This document shows, piece by piece, positions 22,661-32,010 of a stretch of 52,555 nucleotides of DNA; the stretch's first letter is position 1, and every line of letters starts with the position of its first letter. Position numbers and translations under genes: made by a program. Below the pieces are notes generated by a model. The model had not been told where the DNA came from. It made no database searches and saw only the letters and a list, made by a program, of their open reading frames with translations. Source of the DNA: Myxococcota bacterium (GTDB taxonomy: Bacteria > Myxococcota_A > UBA9160 > SMWR01). The stretch covers positions 1 through 52,555 of the forward strand of contig JAZFWH010000181.1 in NCBI GenBank assembly GCA_036482635.1. The letters are read 5' to 3'.

Positions 22661-24099
22661 TGACGGGCCTGTCGGCGCTCGCGGCCAGCGAGAGCATCCG
22701 CGTGCGGCGCTGGGACGCGCTGGTGCTCGGCGGCGCGCTGCCGGGCCGCATCGCCGCGGTGCAGCTGGCGTCGCGCGGGGCGCACGTCCTGCTGGTGGAG
22801 GAGAAGGCGGCCGCCGAAGCCTTCCCCGGACTGCGCGATCCCTTCCTCGTCCACGGTGCCGATCCGGGCGGCGTGCTCGGCGCGTGCCTCGAGGCCCTCG
22901 GGATTCCGCTCCTCGAGCGCCGCAGCGTCGCAACCTACCCGGTCGCCTATCAGGTCGCGCTGCCCGACGCGCGGGTCGAGGTCGCCGCGCCGCCGCGCAC
23001 CGCCGAGGAACTCGTGGCGTGGGGCTTCGCCGTGCCGGAAGAGGCCGGAGCCGTGGTGCGGGCCATCGGAGAAGCCGGTGCGGCGGAGCGGGACGCCATG
23101 CTGGAGGCGCCCGTGGTGCGGTCGGCACAGCGGCTGCCCCGCGCCGCGCGCCCCACGGCGAGCTCTGCGGCCGCCCGGCCGGCGCCGCTCGGGACCCGCC
23201 GGGCCCGGCGCGCGCGCGGTCTGCCCGTCGCGGTGACGTCGGCCGCGCCCGCGCTCGCCACCCTTCTGGCCGCCCAGCTGCGCGCCCTCTCCAACCTTGG
23301 GGAGAGCGCGCCGCCGCCGGAGGCGAGCGCGCGACTGCTGGGCGCCGCGCTGGAGGGAGCCACGGTCTTCCCGGGTGGAGCCGGCGCCCTGTCGCTGCTG
23401 CTGAGGCGGCGCCTCGAAGCGCTGCACGGCGAGCTGCGCAGCGTGTCCGGCACGCTGCGGCTGGTCAGCGCGGCGAACCAGCCCGGCATCCTGGTGGAGG
23501 AGTCCGGGGAGGTCTGGGTCGGCCGGGCGCTGGTGCTCAACGCGCCCCGCCAGGCGCTCGCCGCCGTCGCCGGCGACCCCGTGCCGGAGGTGCTGCGCGG
23601 ACCGCCGGTCACGCGAATCCGGCTGGCCGTCCGCTACGTCGCGCGCCGGGGGGTGTTGCCGGAGGGAATGGCACCGCGCGTGATCTGCGTGCGCGACCCG
23701 GACGCTGGCATGGACGGAACCAACCTGGTCACGCTGCGCGTCTTCCCCCGCCCCGAAGGGGGAGACCAGGTCGACCTGGTGGCCTCCGCGGTGGTCGGCG
23801 CAGACGAGCGCGACCTGGACGCCCGCCGCGCCGAGATCGGAGCGGCCGTCGCCCAGCTCATGCCCTTCTCGGCCGACGGCCTGGTGCTTCAGCGACACCC
23901 CGAACCGCGCTGGGACAGCGGCGCCCCGCTGTCGGACCCTCCGCCCGGCGAGGGCTGGCCTGCCGCGGTCGAGCTGCGCGTGTCGACGCGGCCTCCCGTC
24001 TACGTGCTGGAACGGGCCGGCATGGCTGCCCTCGGCTTCGAGGGCGACGTGTTGCTCGGCTGGCGGGCCGGCGACGCCATCGCGGCCGACTTGAGTTGA
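22660..24099 (+). CDS. hypothetical protein, CrtI/amine-oxidase-like fold with degenerate dinucleotide-binding motif
   Basis: The ATG shares one base with the purM TGA (TGATG). The N-terminus is WDALVLGGALPGRIAAVQLASRGAHVLLVEE, a beta-alpha-beta ending in an acidic residue but with GGALPG instead of GxGxxG. GC3 is very high in this frame. The 479-aa product has an Arg/Ala-rich linker in the middle. Confidence 0.65.
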   Translation: MTGLSALAASESIRVRRWDALVLGGALPGRIAAVQLASRGAHVLLVEEKAAAEAFPGLRDPFLVHGADPGGVLGACLEALGIPLLERRSVATYPVAYQVALPDARVEVAAPPRTAEELVAWGFAVPEEAGAVVRAIGEAGAAERDAMLEAPVVRSAQRLPRAARPTASSAAARPAPLGTRRARRARGLPVAVTSAAPALATLLAAQLRALSNLGESAPPPEASARLLGAALEGATVFPGGAGALSLLLRRRLEALHGELRSVSGTLRLVSAANQPGILVEESGEVWVGRALVLNAPRQALAAVAGDPVPEVLRGPPVTRIRLAVRYVARRGVLPEGMAPRVICVRDPDAGMDGTNLVTLRVFPRPEGGDQVDLVASAVVGADERDLDARRAEIGAAVAQLMPFSADGLVLQRHPEPRWDSGAPLSDPPPGEGWPAAVELRVSTRPPVYVLERAGMAALGFEGDVLLGWRAGDAIAADLS

Positions 24100-26030
24100 G
24101 CGGGGCGAGCGCGCAGGGGGGCGGTGCGGCGCCGGGCGCGGCACCGCCCCGCGCCGCCCTGTGGCGCATCTTCGGCTACGCGCGCCCCCACGCCGCGCTG
24201 GTCGCAGTGTCGCTCGGCCTTTCGCTCGCCTTCGGCGCCGCCCTCTACGCGCGCGCCTACCTGGTCAAGCCGATCCTGGACGATGTGCTGCTACCCCAGG
24301 GCGCGGCGGTCGCCGCACCGCAGCCCTCGGACTGGCTCCGCCTGCTGGGGGGCGACTCGACCGCGCGGCGGGAGCAGCCCGCGCCGGCGCCGCCGGACCC
24401 GCGCCGACGCGCCGACCTGGAGCGGCACGTCCGCGAGGGGTTCGCGCGGGTGGTGCTGGCCGCCGCAGTCGTGATCTTCAGCCTGCCGCTGCTCCAGTTC
24501 GGACGCGTCTACGCCAGCGAACACTTCCTGGGGCGGGTGTACATCGACATCCAACGACACGTGTGCGCCCGGCTGCTGGCCCTGCCGCTGCGCTTCCACC
24601 ACGACCACCGCCGGGGCGATCTGCTCTCGCGCACCCTGCGCGATGCCTCCAGCGCCCACGGCGCGCTGGGTCTGCTCTTCGCGGACTTTGCACCGGCTGT
24701 GCTGACCGTCGGGTTGGGGGTCGCGCTGCTGTTCGCCATCTCCTGGCAGCTCGCCCTGGTCGCCCTGTGGCTGGGCCCGCTGCTGTTCACCGTCGTCGCG
24801 CTGTTCGGAACACGCATTCGGCGCAGTGCGCGGCGGCGCCAGGAAAAGTACGCAGACGTGACCCAGCGCCTCGTCGAAATCCTGAGCGGCATCAAGGTCA
24901 TCAAGGCCTTCCGCGCCGAGCCGCTCGAGGAGGCCGCCTTTCGGCGCGAGACGCGGCGCCTGTTCCGGCGAACGATGAGCGCGGTGCGCCAGCGGGTCTT
25001 CGCCCGCAGCCTGGTCGAGATGCTGAACAACGCCGTGGCGATCGGCCTGCTGATCCTGGGCAGTCTGCTGCTGCTGCGGGGGCGCTGGGGCCTCACGCTG
25101 GGTGACCTGGCGGCGTTCGCCGCCGTGCTCGCCACGACCTACAAGCCGGTCAAGGACCTGGCCAAGGCCAGCGTGGGCCTGCTCGACGCCCAGCCGGCCG
25201 CCGAGCGGCTGTTCGAGCTGCTCGACAGCCCCGCGGAGATCGAGGACGCGCCGGACGCAGTGGCGATCGAGCGGGTCGCCACGGGCGTCCGGCTGAGGGA
25301 CGTCTCGTTCTCCTACGGACGCGAGCCGGTGTTGCGCCACGTGTCGTTCGAGGTCAAAGCGGGCCAGGTCGTCGCGATCGTCGGCCCGACGGGCTCCGGC
25401 AAGACCACTCTGACGGACCTGCTGCTGCGCTTCTACGATCCCGTGTCCGGCGCGATCGAGATCGACGGCGTCGATCTGCGTCGGATCCAACGGGGCTCGC
25501 TGCGGCGCCAGATCGCCGTGGTGACCCAGGAGCCCTTCCTGTTCGACGGAACGATCCGCGAGAACATCCAATACGGGCGGCCCGAGGCGACCGAAGCGGA
25601 GACCCTCGCGGCGGCGCAGGCCGCCCACGTGGACGAGTTCGCGCTGAGGCTACCCGCGGGCTACGACACCCAGGTGGGAGCCGGAGGAGCGCGACTGTCC
25701 GGCGGACAGCGCCAGCGGGTGGCGATCGCCCGGGCCCTGCTCGTGGATCCGGCCATCCTGATCTTCGACGAGGCGACCAGCGCGCTCGACTCGAAGAGCG
25801 AACGCTACGTCCAGGATGCGATCGAGGCGCTGCTGGGCGGGCGCACCGTGTTCGTGATCGCCCACCGCCTGTCGACGATCCGCCGCGCGGACCGGATCGT
25901 GGTGCTCGAGAACGGCGTCGTGACCCAGCTCGGGACCCACGCGGAGTTGGTCCGCGAAGGCGGTCTGTACCGGGAGCTGCTCGACCTCCAGGCCGCCCCA
26001 CGCCCCGGGAGCGACCTGCGCCTCAACTAG
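24096..26030 (+). CDS. MsbA-like ABC exporter (TMD-NBD, all motifs canonical)
   Basis: Motifs are Walker A GPTGSGKTT, signature LSGGQRQRVAIARAL, Walker B ILIFDEATSALD and H-loop IAHRLST. The TTG at 24096 overlaps the upstream TGA (TTGA) and is the only ATG/GTG/TTG start codon upstream of the conserved LWRIFGYARPH segment. Confidence 0.87.
   Translation: MSGASAQGGGAAPGAAPPRAALWRIFGYARPHAALVAVSLGLSLAFGAALYARAYLVKPILDDVLLPQGAAVAAPQPSDWLRLLGGDSTARREQPAPAPPDPRRRADLERHVREGFARVVLAAAVVIFSLPLLQFGRVYASEHFLGRVYIDIQRHVCARLLALPLRFHHDHRRGDLLSRTLRDASSAHGALGLLFADFAPAVLTVGLGVALLFAISWQLALVALWLGPLLFTVVALFGTRIRRSARRRQEKYADVTQRLVEILSGIKVIKAFRAEPLEEAAFRRETRRLFRRTMSAVRQRVFARSLVEMLNNAVAIGLLILGSLLLLRGRWGLTLGDLAAFAAVLATTYKPVKDLAKASVGLLDAQPAAERLFELLDSPAEIEDAPDAVAIERVATGVRLRDVSFSYGREPVLRHVSFEVKAGQVVAIVGPTGSGKTTLTDLLLRFYDPVSGAIEIDGVDLRRIQRGSLRRQIAVVTQEPFLFDGTIRENIQYGRPEATEAETLAAAQAAHVDEFALRLPAGYDTQVGAGGARLSGGQRQRVAIARALLVDPAILIFDEATSALDSKSERYVQDAIEALLGGRTVFVIAHRLSTIRRADRIVVLENGVVTQLGTHAELVREGGLYRELLDLQAAPRPGSDLRLN
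24118..24150 (+). other. strong GC hairpin inside the first 20 codons of the msbA-like gene
   Basis: GGGGCGGTGC (24118..24127) pairs perfectly with GCACCGCCCC (24141..24150). The 13-nt loop GGCGCCGGGCGCG can extend the stem by about 3 more pairs. Confidence 0.6.
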
Positions 26031-26811
26031 GCGGTGTCGCCCCGCCGCAGTCCGCTGGCGGCGCCACCCGCTCCAGCTCCCACAGCTTCGCGTACTTGAG
26101 GAAGACGTGGAACGCCGTCCCGGCGGCGAGGACGAAGCCCGGGACCCCGTCGAGGAAGCCGCGCTTCAGGAGGTAGGCGCGCAGGAACCGCGCGAAGGGA
26201 CGCAGGGTGAGGTCGGCGACCCGCGCCGACCGCCCGTCTGAGCGAAGCGCCAGGGCGGCCTCGCTGCTGAAGAACTGGATGCGCTCGATCTGATCGGCGA
26301 GGTCGCGGTAGCTGTGGTGCTCCAGGTGGCCGGGCAGCCGCCGCACCCGGCCGTCGACCACCACGCGGCCGTGCGGGTTGCGACCGGTCCAACGTGCGCG
26401 CGACCGGCGGAAGACGCGCAGCTTCCAGTCCGGATAGAAGTCCCCGTGCCGTACCCAGCGACCCAGGTGGAAGGTCTCGCGGTTCACCTCGTAGCCGTCG
26501 CATCCGTCCGAGCCCAGGGCCCGCTGGATCTCCCTGCGCAGACCCGCCGTCATCACCTCGTCCGGATCCATCAGGATCACCCAGTCGTGTGCGGCCAGGC
26601 TCGTGCAGTGGCTCTTCTGCTCGATGTCGCCTGCGTACGGCCGCACCTCTACACGGTCGGCCCGGTCGCGTGCGATCCGCGCGGTGGCGTCGCGGCTTCG
26701 GGCGTCCACCACCACGACGATCTCATCGGCCCAGCCGAGGGAGTCGAGGCTGCGCGGCAGCAGGGTCTCCTCGTCCCGGGCGATCAGGCAGGCGCTGACG
26801 GGCGGAGTCAC
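26023..26811 (-). CDS. family 2 glycosyltransferase, LPS-core type (WaaE/KdtX-like)
   Basis: Recognisable segments are VSACLIARDEETLLPRSLDSL, EIVVVVDARSRDAT, ILMDPDE and HLGRWVRHGDFYPDWKLRVFRR. The GTG at 26811 overlaps the spoT stop (GTGA). The 3' end overlaps the convergent msbA-like gene by 8 nt. Confidence 0.83.
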   Translation of the reverse strand: MTPPVSACLIARDEETLLPRSLDSLGWADEIVVVVDARSRDATARIARDRADRVEVRPYAGDIEQKSHCTSLAAHDWVILMDPDEVMTAGLRREIQRALGSDGCDGYEVNRETFHLGRWVRHGDFYPDWKLRVFRRSRARWTGRNPHGRVVVDGRVRRLPGHLEHHSYRDLADQIERIQFFSSEAALALRSDGRSARVADLTLRPFARFLRAYLLKRGFLDGVPGFVLAAGTAFHVFLKYAKLWELERVAPPADCGGATPPS

Positions 26812-28952
26812 GTGCGCAGGCGTTCCACCGAGAGGACACCCTTGATCCCCTCGATCTGCTTCATCACCGAATTCAGGGTGCCGACGTCGTTCACCCAGAG
26901 GTCGAAGGTCTGGATCGCCTTGCGGTCGCGACTGGTCGTCACCCGAGCGGCCCCGATGTTGATGGCCGCCGCCGAGATGGTCTTGGTCACCTTGGCCAGC
27001 AGACCGTGCGCGTCCATCGAATGGACGCGCATCTTGATGAGCCTGGGCACGGCGGCATCGCTGTCCCACTCCACGTCGATGCGGCGGGCCGGGTCCAGGG
27101 CAAACGCCTTGTCGCAATCCTTGACGTGCACGGTGACCCCCCGACCCCGGGTGACGAACCCGACCACGTCGTCACCGGGCAGCGGACCGCAGCAACGCCC
27201 GAAACGAACCATCACGTCCGGATGGCCGCTCACGCGCACTCCCGAAGACGAGGGCGCGCGCGGGCGCCAGAACAGCGCGCGCCGCCGGGCCGGCTTGGCC
27301 TCCTCTTCGTCGTTGCCCCGCAACCTGCGCACCAGGTCACCGGCCGAAATCCGCCCGTAGCCCACCGCCGCGAACAGGTCCTCCGCCGAGCTGCGACCGG
27401 TCTTGCGCGCGAACTCTGCGAGCTCTCCGCCCTCGAGCAGCCGCTTGAGAGACAGCCCGCGCTTGCGCAGCTCGCGACCGAGGATGTCCTCGCCGAGCTC
27501 TCGGCTGCGCTCCTTCTCGTTGGCGCGGATCGCGTGGCGGATGCGGTTGCGCGCCCGGCCCGACACCACGAACTCGAGCCAGTCCTTGCGCGGGTATTGG
27601 GACGGGCTGGTGGTCACTTCGACGGTATCGCCGTCGGTCAGGCGGTGTCGCAGGGGCACCATCTTGCCATTCACCCTCGCGCCGGCGCACTGGGCGCCCA
27701 CCTCGCTGTGGATCGCGTAGGCGAAGTCCACGGGCGTCGCGCCTCGCGGCAGGTTGATGACCTCTCCCTTGGGCGTGAACACGAACACCTCGTCCGGGAA
27801 GAGATCCACCTTGATGGTGTCGAAGAACTCGTGGGGGTCGGCCACATCGCGGTGCCTCTCGAGCAGCTGGCGCAGCCAGGCGAACTTGCCCTCGTCGGCG
27901 TCACTGGCCGACGGCCCTCCCTCCTTGTATCGCCAGTGTGCCGAGATGCCGAACTCCGCGTCGCGGTGCATCTCGGCGGTGCGGATCTGGACCTCCATCC
28001 GCTCTCCGTAGGGGCCGATCACGGTGGTGTGCAACGACTGGTAGCCGTTCGGCTTGGGCAGGGCGACGTAGTCCTTGAAGCGGCCGGGCACCGGCCGCCA
28101 GATCGAATGCACCAGACCCAACGCGCCGTAGACGTGTTCCTGGGCGCCGTCGGTGACGATGCGGAACGCAATCGCGTCGTAGATCTCGTCCAGGCTGAGC
28201 CCCTGGCTCTCCATCTTGTCGTGGATCGAGGAGAGATCCTTCAGACGGCCCGTCACCTCCGCGGCGATTCCGGCCGTCTTGAAGCGCTGGGAGAGGATCC
28301 CGATCACCTCGCCGATGTAGCGCTCGCGGGCCCTTCGCTTGGATCGCAGCCTCTTGCCCAGCTCCGCGGCCGCCGCGGGCTTGAGGGTGCGGAAGGTCAG
28401 CTCGGCGAGCTCCTGCTTCATCCAATTGATGCCCAGGCGATGCGCCAGGGGCACGTAGATGTCGCGCGTCTCCTGGGCGATGCGCCGGCGGGAGTCCTCG
28501 GCCACGTACCGGAGCGTACGCATGTTGTGGAGGCGGTCCGCGAGCTTGATGAGCAGGATGCGAATGTCCTTCGACATCGCCAGCAGCATCTTCCGGAAGT
28601 TCTCGGCTTGCCGCTCCCGCGGCGACGTGAACTCGATCTTGGCGATCTTGGTCAGTCCACCCACCAGGAACGCGACGTCCTCGCCGAACAGTCGCTTGAT
28701 CTCGTCGATGGTGGTGAGGGTGTCCTCGATGGCGTCGTGCAGGAGCCCGGCGGCGACGGTGACCTCGTCCATGCGCAGATCGACGAGGATCCCCGCCACC
28801 TCCAGGGGGTGGACCAGGTAGGGCTCGCCGGAGAGTCGCTCCTGGCCTTCGTGAACCTTCGCGGAGAAGACGTAGGCGCGCTGCAGGAGCGACAGATCGC
28901 AGGAGGGGTTGTACTCGAGGATGCGATCGGCGATGTCGTTGAAGCGAAGCAT
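26808..28952 (-). CDS. spoT: bifunctional (p)ppGpp synthetase/hydrolase (RelA/SpoT homologue)
   Basis: The 714-aa product has an HD hydrolase domain (HPLEVAGIL, HDAIEDT) and a synthetase domain (DYVALPKPNGYQSLHTTV). TGS and ACT domains follow. Confidence 0.95.
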   Translation of the reverse strand: MLRFNDIADRILEYNPSCDLSLLQRAYVFSAKVHEGQERLSGEPYLVHPLEVAGILVDLRMDEVTVAAGLLHDAIEDTLTTIDEIKRLFGEDVAFLVGGLTKIAKIEFTSPRERQAENFRKMLLAMSKDIRILLIKLADRLHNMRTLRYVAEDSRRRIAQETRDIYVPLAHRLGINWMKQELAELTFRTLKPAAAAELGKRLRSKRRARERYIGEVIGILSQRFKTAGIAAEVTGRLKDLSSIHDKMESQGLSLDEIYDAIAFRIVTDGAQEHVYGALGLVHSIWRPVPGRFKDYVALPKPNGYQSLHTTVIGPYGERMEVQIRTAEMHRDAEFGISAHWRYKEGGPSASDADEGKFAWLRQLLERHRDVADPHEFFDTIKVDLFPDEVFVFTPKGEVINLPRGATPVDFAYAIHSEVGAQCAGARVNGKMVPLRHRLTDGDTVEVTTSPSQYPRKDWLEFVVSGRARNRIRHAIRANEKERSRELGEDILGRELRKRGLSLKRLLEGGELAEFARKTGRSSAEDLFAAVGYGRISAGDLVRRLRGNDEEEAKPARRRALFWRPRAPSSSGVRVSGHPDVMVRFGRCCGPLPGDDVVGFVTRGRGVTVHVKDCDKAFALDPARRIDVEWDSDAAVPRLIKMRVHSMDAHGLLAKVTKTISAAAINIGAARVTTSRDRKAIQTFDLWVNDVGTLNSVMKQIEGIKGVLSVERLRT

Positions 28953-29069
28953 CCGGCCCCGGGGCTGACCAGCCCCTTGCGAGGGCTGCGTAGTCGACCG
29001 ATTTCTCCTTTGAGATCAGGCCCTTGCGCTAAAGTAACGGAGCTCCTCCGCGTCGTCCAACGGGCGCGC

Positions 29070-29723
29070 TCAGCCGTCGAGGCCACCCTCGAAGCGCTCC
29101 AGCGCGTCCCCTGGATCGAAGCGCCGGCGCAGCTCGCCGGGGTCTCCCGCCCGCTCGGCGCGAATGATCTCCAGTACCCGCTCGACACAGTGCTCGAACA
29201 CATCGTTGACCACTGCGTAATCGAAATCCCGCGCGGACACGATCTCCTGCCGGGCCAGGGCGAGCCGCGCCCGGATCTGCTCCCGAGAGTCGCTGCCGCG
29301 CCCCCGCAGGCGCTCTTCAAGGGCCTTCCAGGAGGGTGGCAGCAGGAAGATGAAGCGCGCGTCGGCGCGGCGCGCCCGCACCTGGCGGGCGCCCTGGACC
29401 TCGATCTCGAGCAGGACGTCGCGGCCGGCCGCGAGTGGCGCCTCCAGGGCGGCCCAGCTCGTTCCGTAGTAGTTCCCGTTGTACTCGGCCCACTCGAGGA
29501 ACACCTCTTCCTTCACCAGGCGCTGGAACTCGCCGCGGTCGACGTGGTGGTAGTTCACGAAGTCGCTCGCGGTGTCCGTGGCCCGCGGCGGGCGGGTGGT
29601 GTGGGAGACCGAGAACTCGATCCCGGGGTCGCGCTGGACGACGCCGCAGCAGACCGTCGTCTTGCCCGTGCCCGAGGGCGCCGCCACCACGATCGGGAAC
29701 CCGCGCCTCGGCTGCGGGCTCAC
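29070..29723 (-). CDS. gmk: guanylate kinase
   Basis: The P-loop is [12 protein letters not shown], and TTRPPR and [12 protein letters not shown] are present. The GTG at 29723 overlaps the remA stop (GTGA). Confidence 0.93.
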   Translation of the reverse strand: MSPQPRRGFPIVVAAPSGTGKTTVCCGVVQRDPGIEFSVSHTTRPPRATDTASDFVNYHHVDRGEFQRLVKEEVFLEWAEYNGNYYGTSWAALEAPLAAGRDVLLEIEVQGARQVRARRADARFIFLLPPSWKALEERLRGRGSDSREQIRARLALARQEIVSARDFDYAVVNDVFEHCVERVLEIIRAERAGDPGELRRRFDPGDALERFEGGLDG

Positions 29724-29986
29724 GCTTCGTCCTCTGCCGCGTCGTCATGGACGAGGCGGGACGCGATCGTCTCCGGGTTGATCGCCGAGAGGATCACGTG
29801 ATCGCTGTCGGTCACGATGATCGAACGGGTCCGGCGGCCCTGGGTGGCATCGACCAGCTTGCCCCGACTCGAGGCCTCCTCGCGCAGGCGCTTCATCGGG
29901 GCCGACTGCGGCGAGACGATCGCCACCACCCGCGACGAAGCGACGAGGTTTCCGTAGCCCAGATTGAGCAGGGGGCCGCTACTCAA
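29720..29986 (-). CDS. remA: DUF370 / RemA-family small DNA-binding protein
   Basis: The 88-aa product reads [63 protein letters not shown]. The TTG start overlaps the yicC 3' end by 8 nt. It sits in the classic yicC-remA-gmk neighbourhood. Confidence 0.85.
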   Translation of the reverse strand: MSSGPLLNLGYGNLVASSRVVAIVSPQSAPMKRLREEASSRGKLVDATQGRRTRSIIVTDSDHVILSAINPETIASRLVHDDAAEDEA

Positions 29987-30857
29987 CGTTCTGTACCTGT
30001 TCGCGCAGTCGCTCGAGCTCGGTCTTCAGCTCGACGACGTCGTGGGCGATGGGCGCGTCGCTCGCCTTGGAGCCGATCGTGTTGGCCTCGCGGCCGAATT
30101 CCTGAAGCAGGAAATCCAGGCGGCGACCCACGGGTCGACCGGCCCCCGCCTCCTCCACGGCCGTCCGGAACAGCTCGACGTGGCTGCGCAGTCGCACGAC
30201 CTCCTCGGTGAAGTCGAGCCGGTCGGCGGCCAGCACGACCTCCTGATGCAGACGCGCCTCGTCGAGCAGGCCCGTCTCGCTCTGGAGCTGCTGGGCGCGC
30301 TTGTGCAGCCGCTCGCGGACCGCAGCCTGGGCCACGCCGGCCCGCGCCTCCAGCTGATCGGCCAGCGTCCCCACGCGCTCGAGGCGTCCCAGCAGCTCCC
30401 GGCCGAGCGCGGCGCCTTCGGCGGCCCGCATCTCCTCCACTGCGTCGAGGGCCGCGTCCGTCGCCGCCAGCAACTCCCGGCCGAGCGCCTCGGCGGACAG
30501 CTGTGGCTCGATGAAGCGAGACACGCCCGGCAGGGCGAGCACCGCGTCCACCTCCAGGGTGCCCGGGAGGTCGGCGGCCTGGCGCAGCTGTTCGGCGGCG
30601 CGGGCGTACTGGCGCGCGGCCTCCAGGTCGATCTCCAGGCGCGGTCCCGCCGCGCCGGAGTCGGGAGCGACGACCGTCAAATCCAGCTTGCCGCGGGCGA
30701 AGCGGCTCCGCACGCGCTGCCGCAGCTCCACCTCGTGGGCGGACAGCGCGCGCGGCAGGCGCACGCGGGCCTCGAGGTAGCGGTGGTTGAGCGAGCGAAC
30801 CTCCAGGTCGAACGCCACCCGTTCGACGCGGAAGGCGGCCCGTCCGAAGCCCGTCAT
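29979..30857 (-). CDS. yicC: YicC-family stress-induced protein
   Basis: The N-terminus is [29 protein letters not shown] and the C-terminus contains [25 protein letters not shown] 29979..31082 is trimmed to the ATG at 30857. Confidence 0.88.
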   Translation of the reverse strand: MTGFGRAAFRVERVAFDLEVRSLNHRYLEARVRLPRALSAHEVELRQRVRSRFARGKLDLTVVAPDSGAAGPRLEIDLEAARQYARAAEQLRQAADLPGTLEVDAVLALPGVSRFIEPQLSAEALGRELLAATDAALDAVEEMRAAEGAALGRELLGRLERVGTLADQLEARAGVAQAAVRERLHKRAQQLQSETGLLDEARLHQEVVLAADRLDFTEEVVRLRSHVELFRTAVEEAGAGRPVGRRLDFLLQEFGREANTIGSKASDAPIAHDVVELKTELERLREQVQNVE

Positions 30858-31020
30858 GCTGTGGATCACTCCGCACCCCGCGCCGCGGTCCGGCCCAGAT
30901 CGCGCGACCCTCGAACCCGCAGCCCTGAGAGGGTCTCGGCCTCGCGCAGGTTCGGCTTGACCAGGGTCGCCGACACACCCGGGCCACGGACGTTCGCACC
31001 CCGGAAGCGGCGCGCGCTCC

Positions 31021-32010
31021 TCACGCCGCTCCCGCCTCGCCAGGGGAGAGCTGCTGCAGGCCCACCGAGGCCGGGCAGCCACGCAGATGCCAGGCGAAGA
31101 CGGCGCAGTGCGCGCGCCAGCGGCGGCGGCGGCGCGAATCCACCACGGCGAAGGGCGCCTGGGTCACCACGTAGAGCAGCGCCTTGGCGAAACGCAGCGA
31201 GAGCACCATCGCCATCGAAACGGACCCGCGCCGTTCGCGGTAGAAGCGGTACAGGGAGCGATGGTACTCGATCCGCGTCAGCGCCGGATGTGGGCGCTTG
31301 CTGCTGGCGCCCAGGTGGTGGACGACGCGCGCCGCGGGGAGGTGTACAACGCGCCAGCCCGAGCTGCGCGCCCGCCAGCACCAGTCGGTCTCCTCGAGGA
31401 AGAAGAAGTAACGCTCCGACAACGGCCCCACCTCGCGGACCAGTTCCCGGCGCGCGAACAGCGCCGCCCCGGAAACCGCCTCGACGTCGATCGGGCCGTC
31501 GGCGCGGGTCCAGCGCTGCGAGGGAAACCGGCGCCGGAACAGCAGCTGGAGCAGCCCCTTCGGCAGGAGCTCCGCCACGAGCCTCGGGAAGTGGTGCACC
31601 GAGTTCTGCCGGGACCCGTCGCTGTGGAGCAGCTGGGGACCGACGATGCCCACATCCGGGTGGCGGTCGAGGTAGCCGACGCAGGCTGCGAGCGCTCCGG
31701 GCTGGACCCGGGTGTCGCTGTTCAGGAGCAGGACGACGCGGCCGCGCGCCCGTCGCAGGCCGGCGTTGGCTCCGGCGGCAAAACCCGCGTTCCGCGCCAG
31801 CCGAACCACGCGAGCCCGCGGAAAGCGCGAGCGGATCGCATCCGCCGTGCCGTCGCTCGAGCCGTTGTCCACCACCGCGATTTCGCTCTCGATCCACGGC
31901 GCGCGTCGGCGGCAGCGTTCCGTCTCCCGCTCCAGCGCCTCGAGGCATTCGAGCGCCAGGCGCCGGGTGTTCCAGGTCACGACCACGACGGAGAGATCGA
32001 CCCCCTTCAC
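31021..32010 (-). CDS. family 2 glycosyltransferase (rhamnosyl/WbbL-like)
   Basis: Recognisable segments are LSVVVVTWNTRRL, AVVDNGSSDGT, NAGFAAGANAG, LLLNSDT and FLEETDWCWR. The GTG at 32010 overlaps the GT9 stop (GTGA). Confidence 0.85.
   Translation of the reverse strand: MKGVDLSVVVVTWNTRRLALECLEALERETERCRRRAPWIESEIAVVDNGSSDGTADAIRSRFPRARVVRLARNAGFAAGANAGLRRARGRVVLLLNSDTRVQPGALAACVGYLDRHPDVGIVGPQLLHSDGSRQNSVHHFPRLVAELLPKGLLQLLFRRRFPSQRWTRADGPIDVEAVSGAALFARRELVREVGPLSERYFFFLEETDWCWRARSSGWRVVHLPAARVVHHLGASSKRPHPALTRIEYHRSLYRFYRERRGSVSMAMVLSLRFAKALLYVVTQAPFAVVDSRRRRRWRAHCAVFAWHLRGCPASVGLQQLSPGEAGAA

Noticed and set aside
30858-31020. A tRNA-like T-loop sequence (GGGTTCGAGGG) and a 7-bp inverted repeat (GACCCTC...GAGGGTC) in the 163-nt GT2-yicC spacer.
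   Set aside because: No acceptor, D or anticodon arms can be drawn around it, and the inverted repeat has a 16-nt loop. The evidence is insufficient for an RNA gene, and no convincing promoter is present either.
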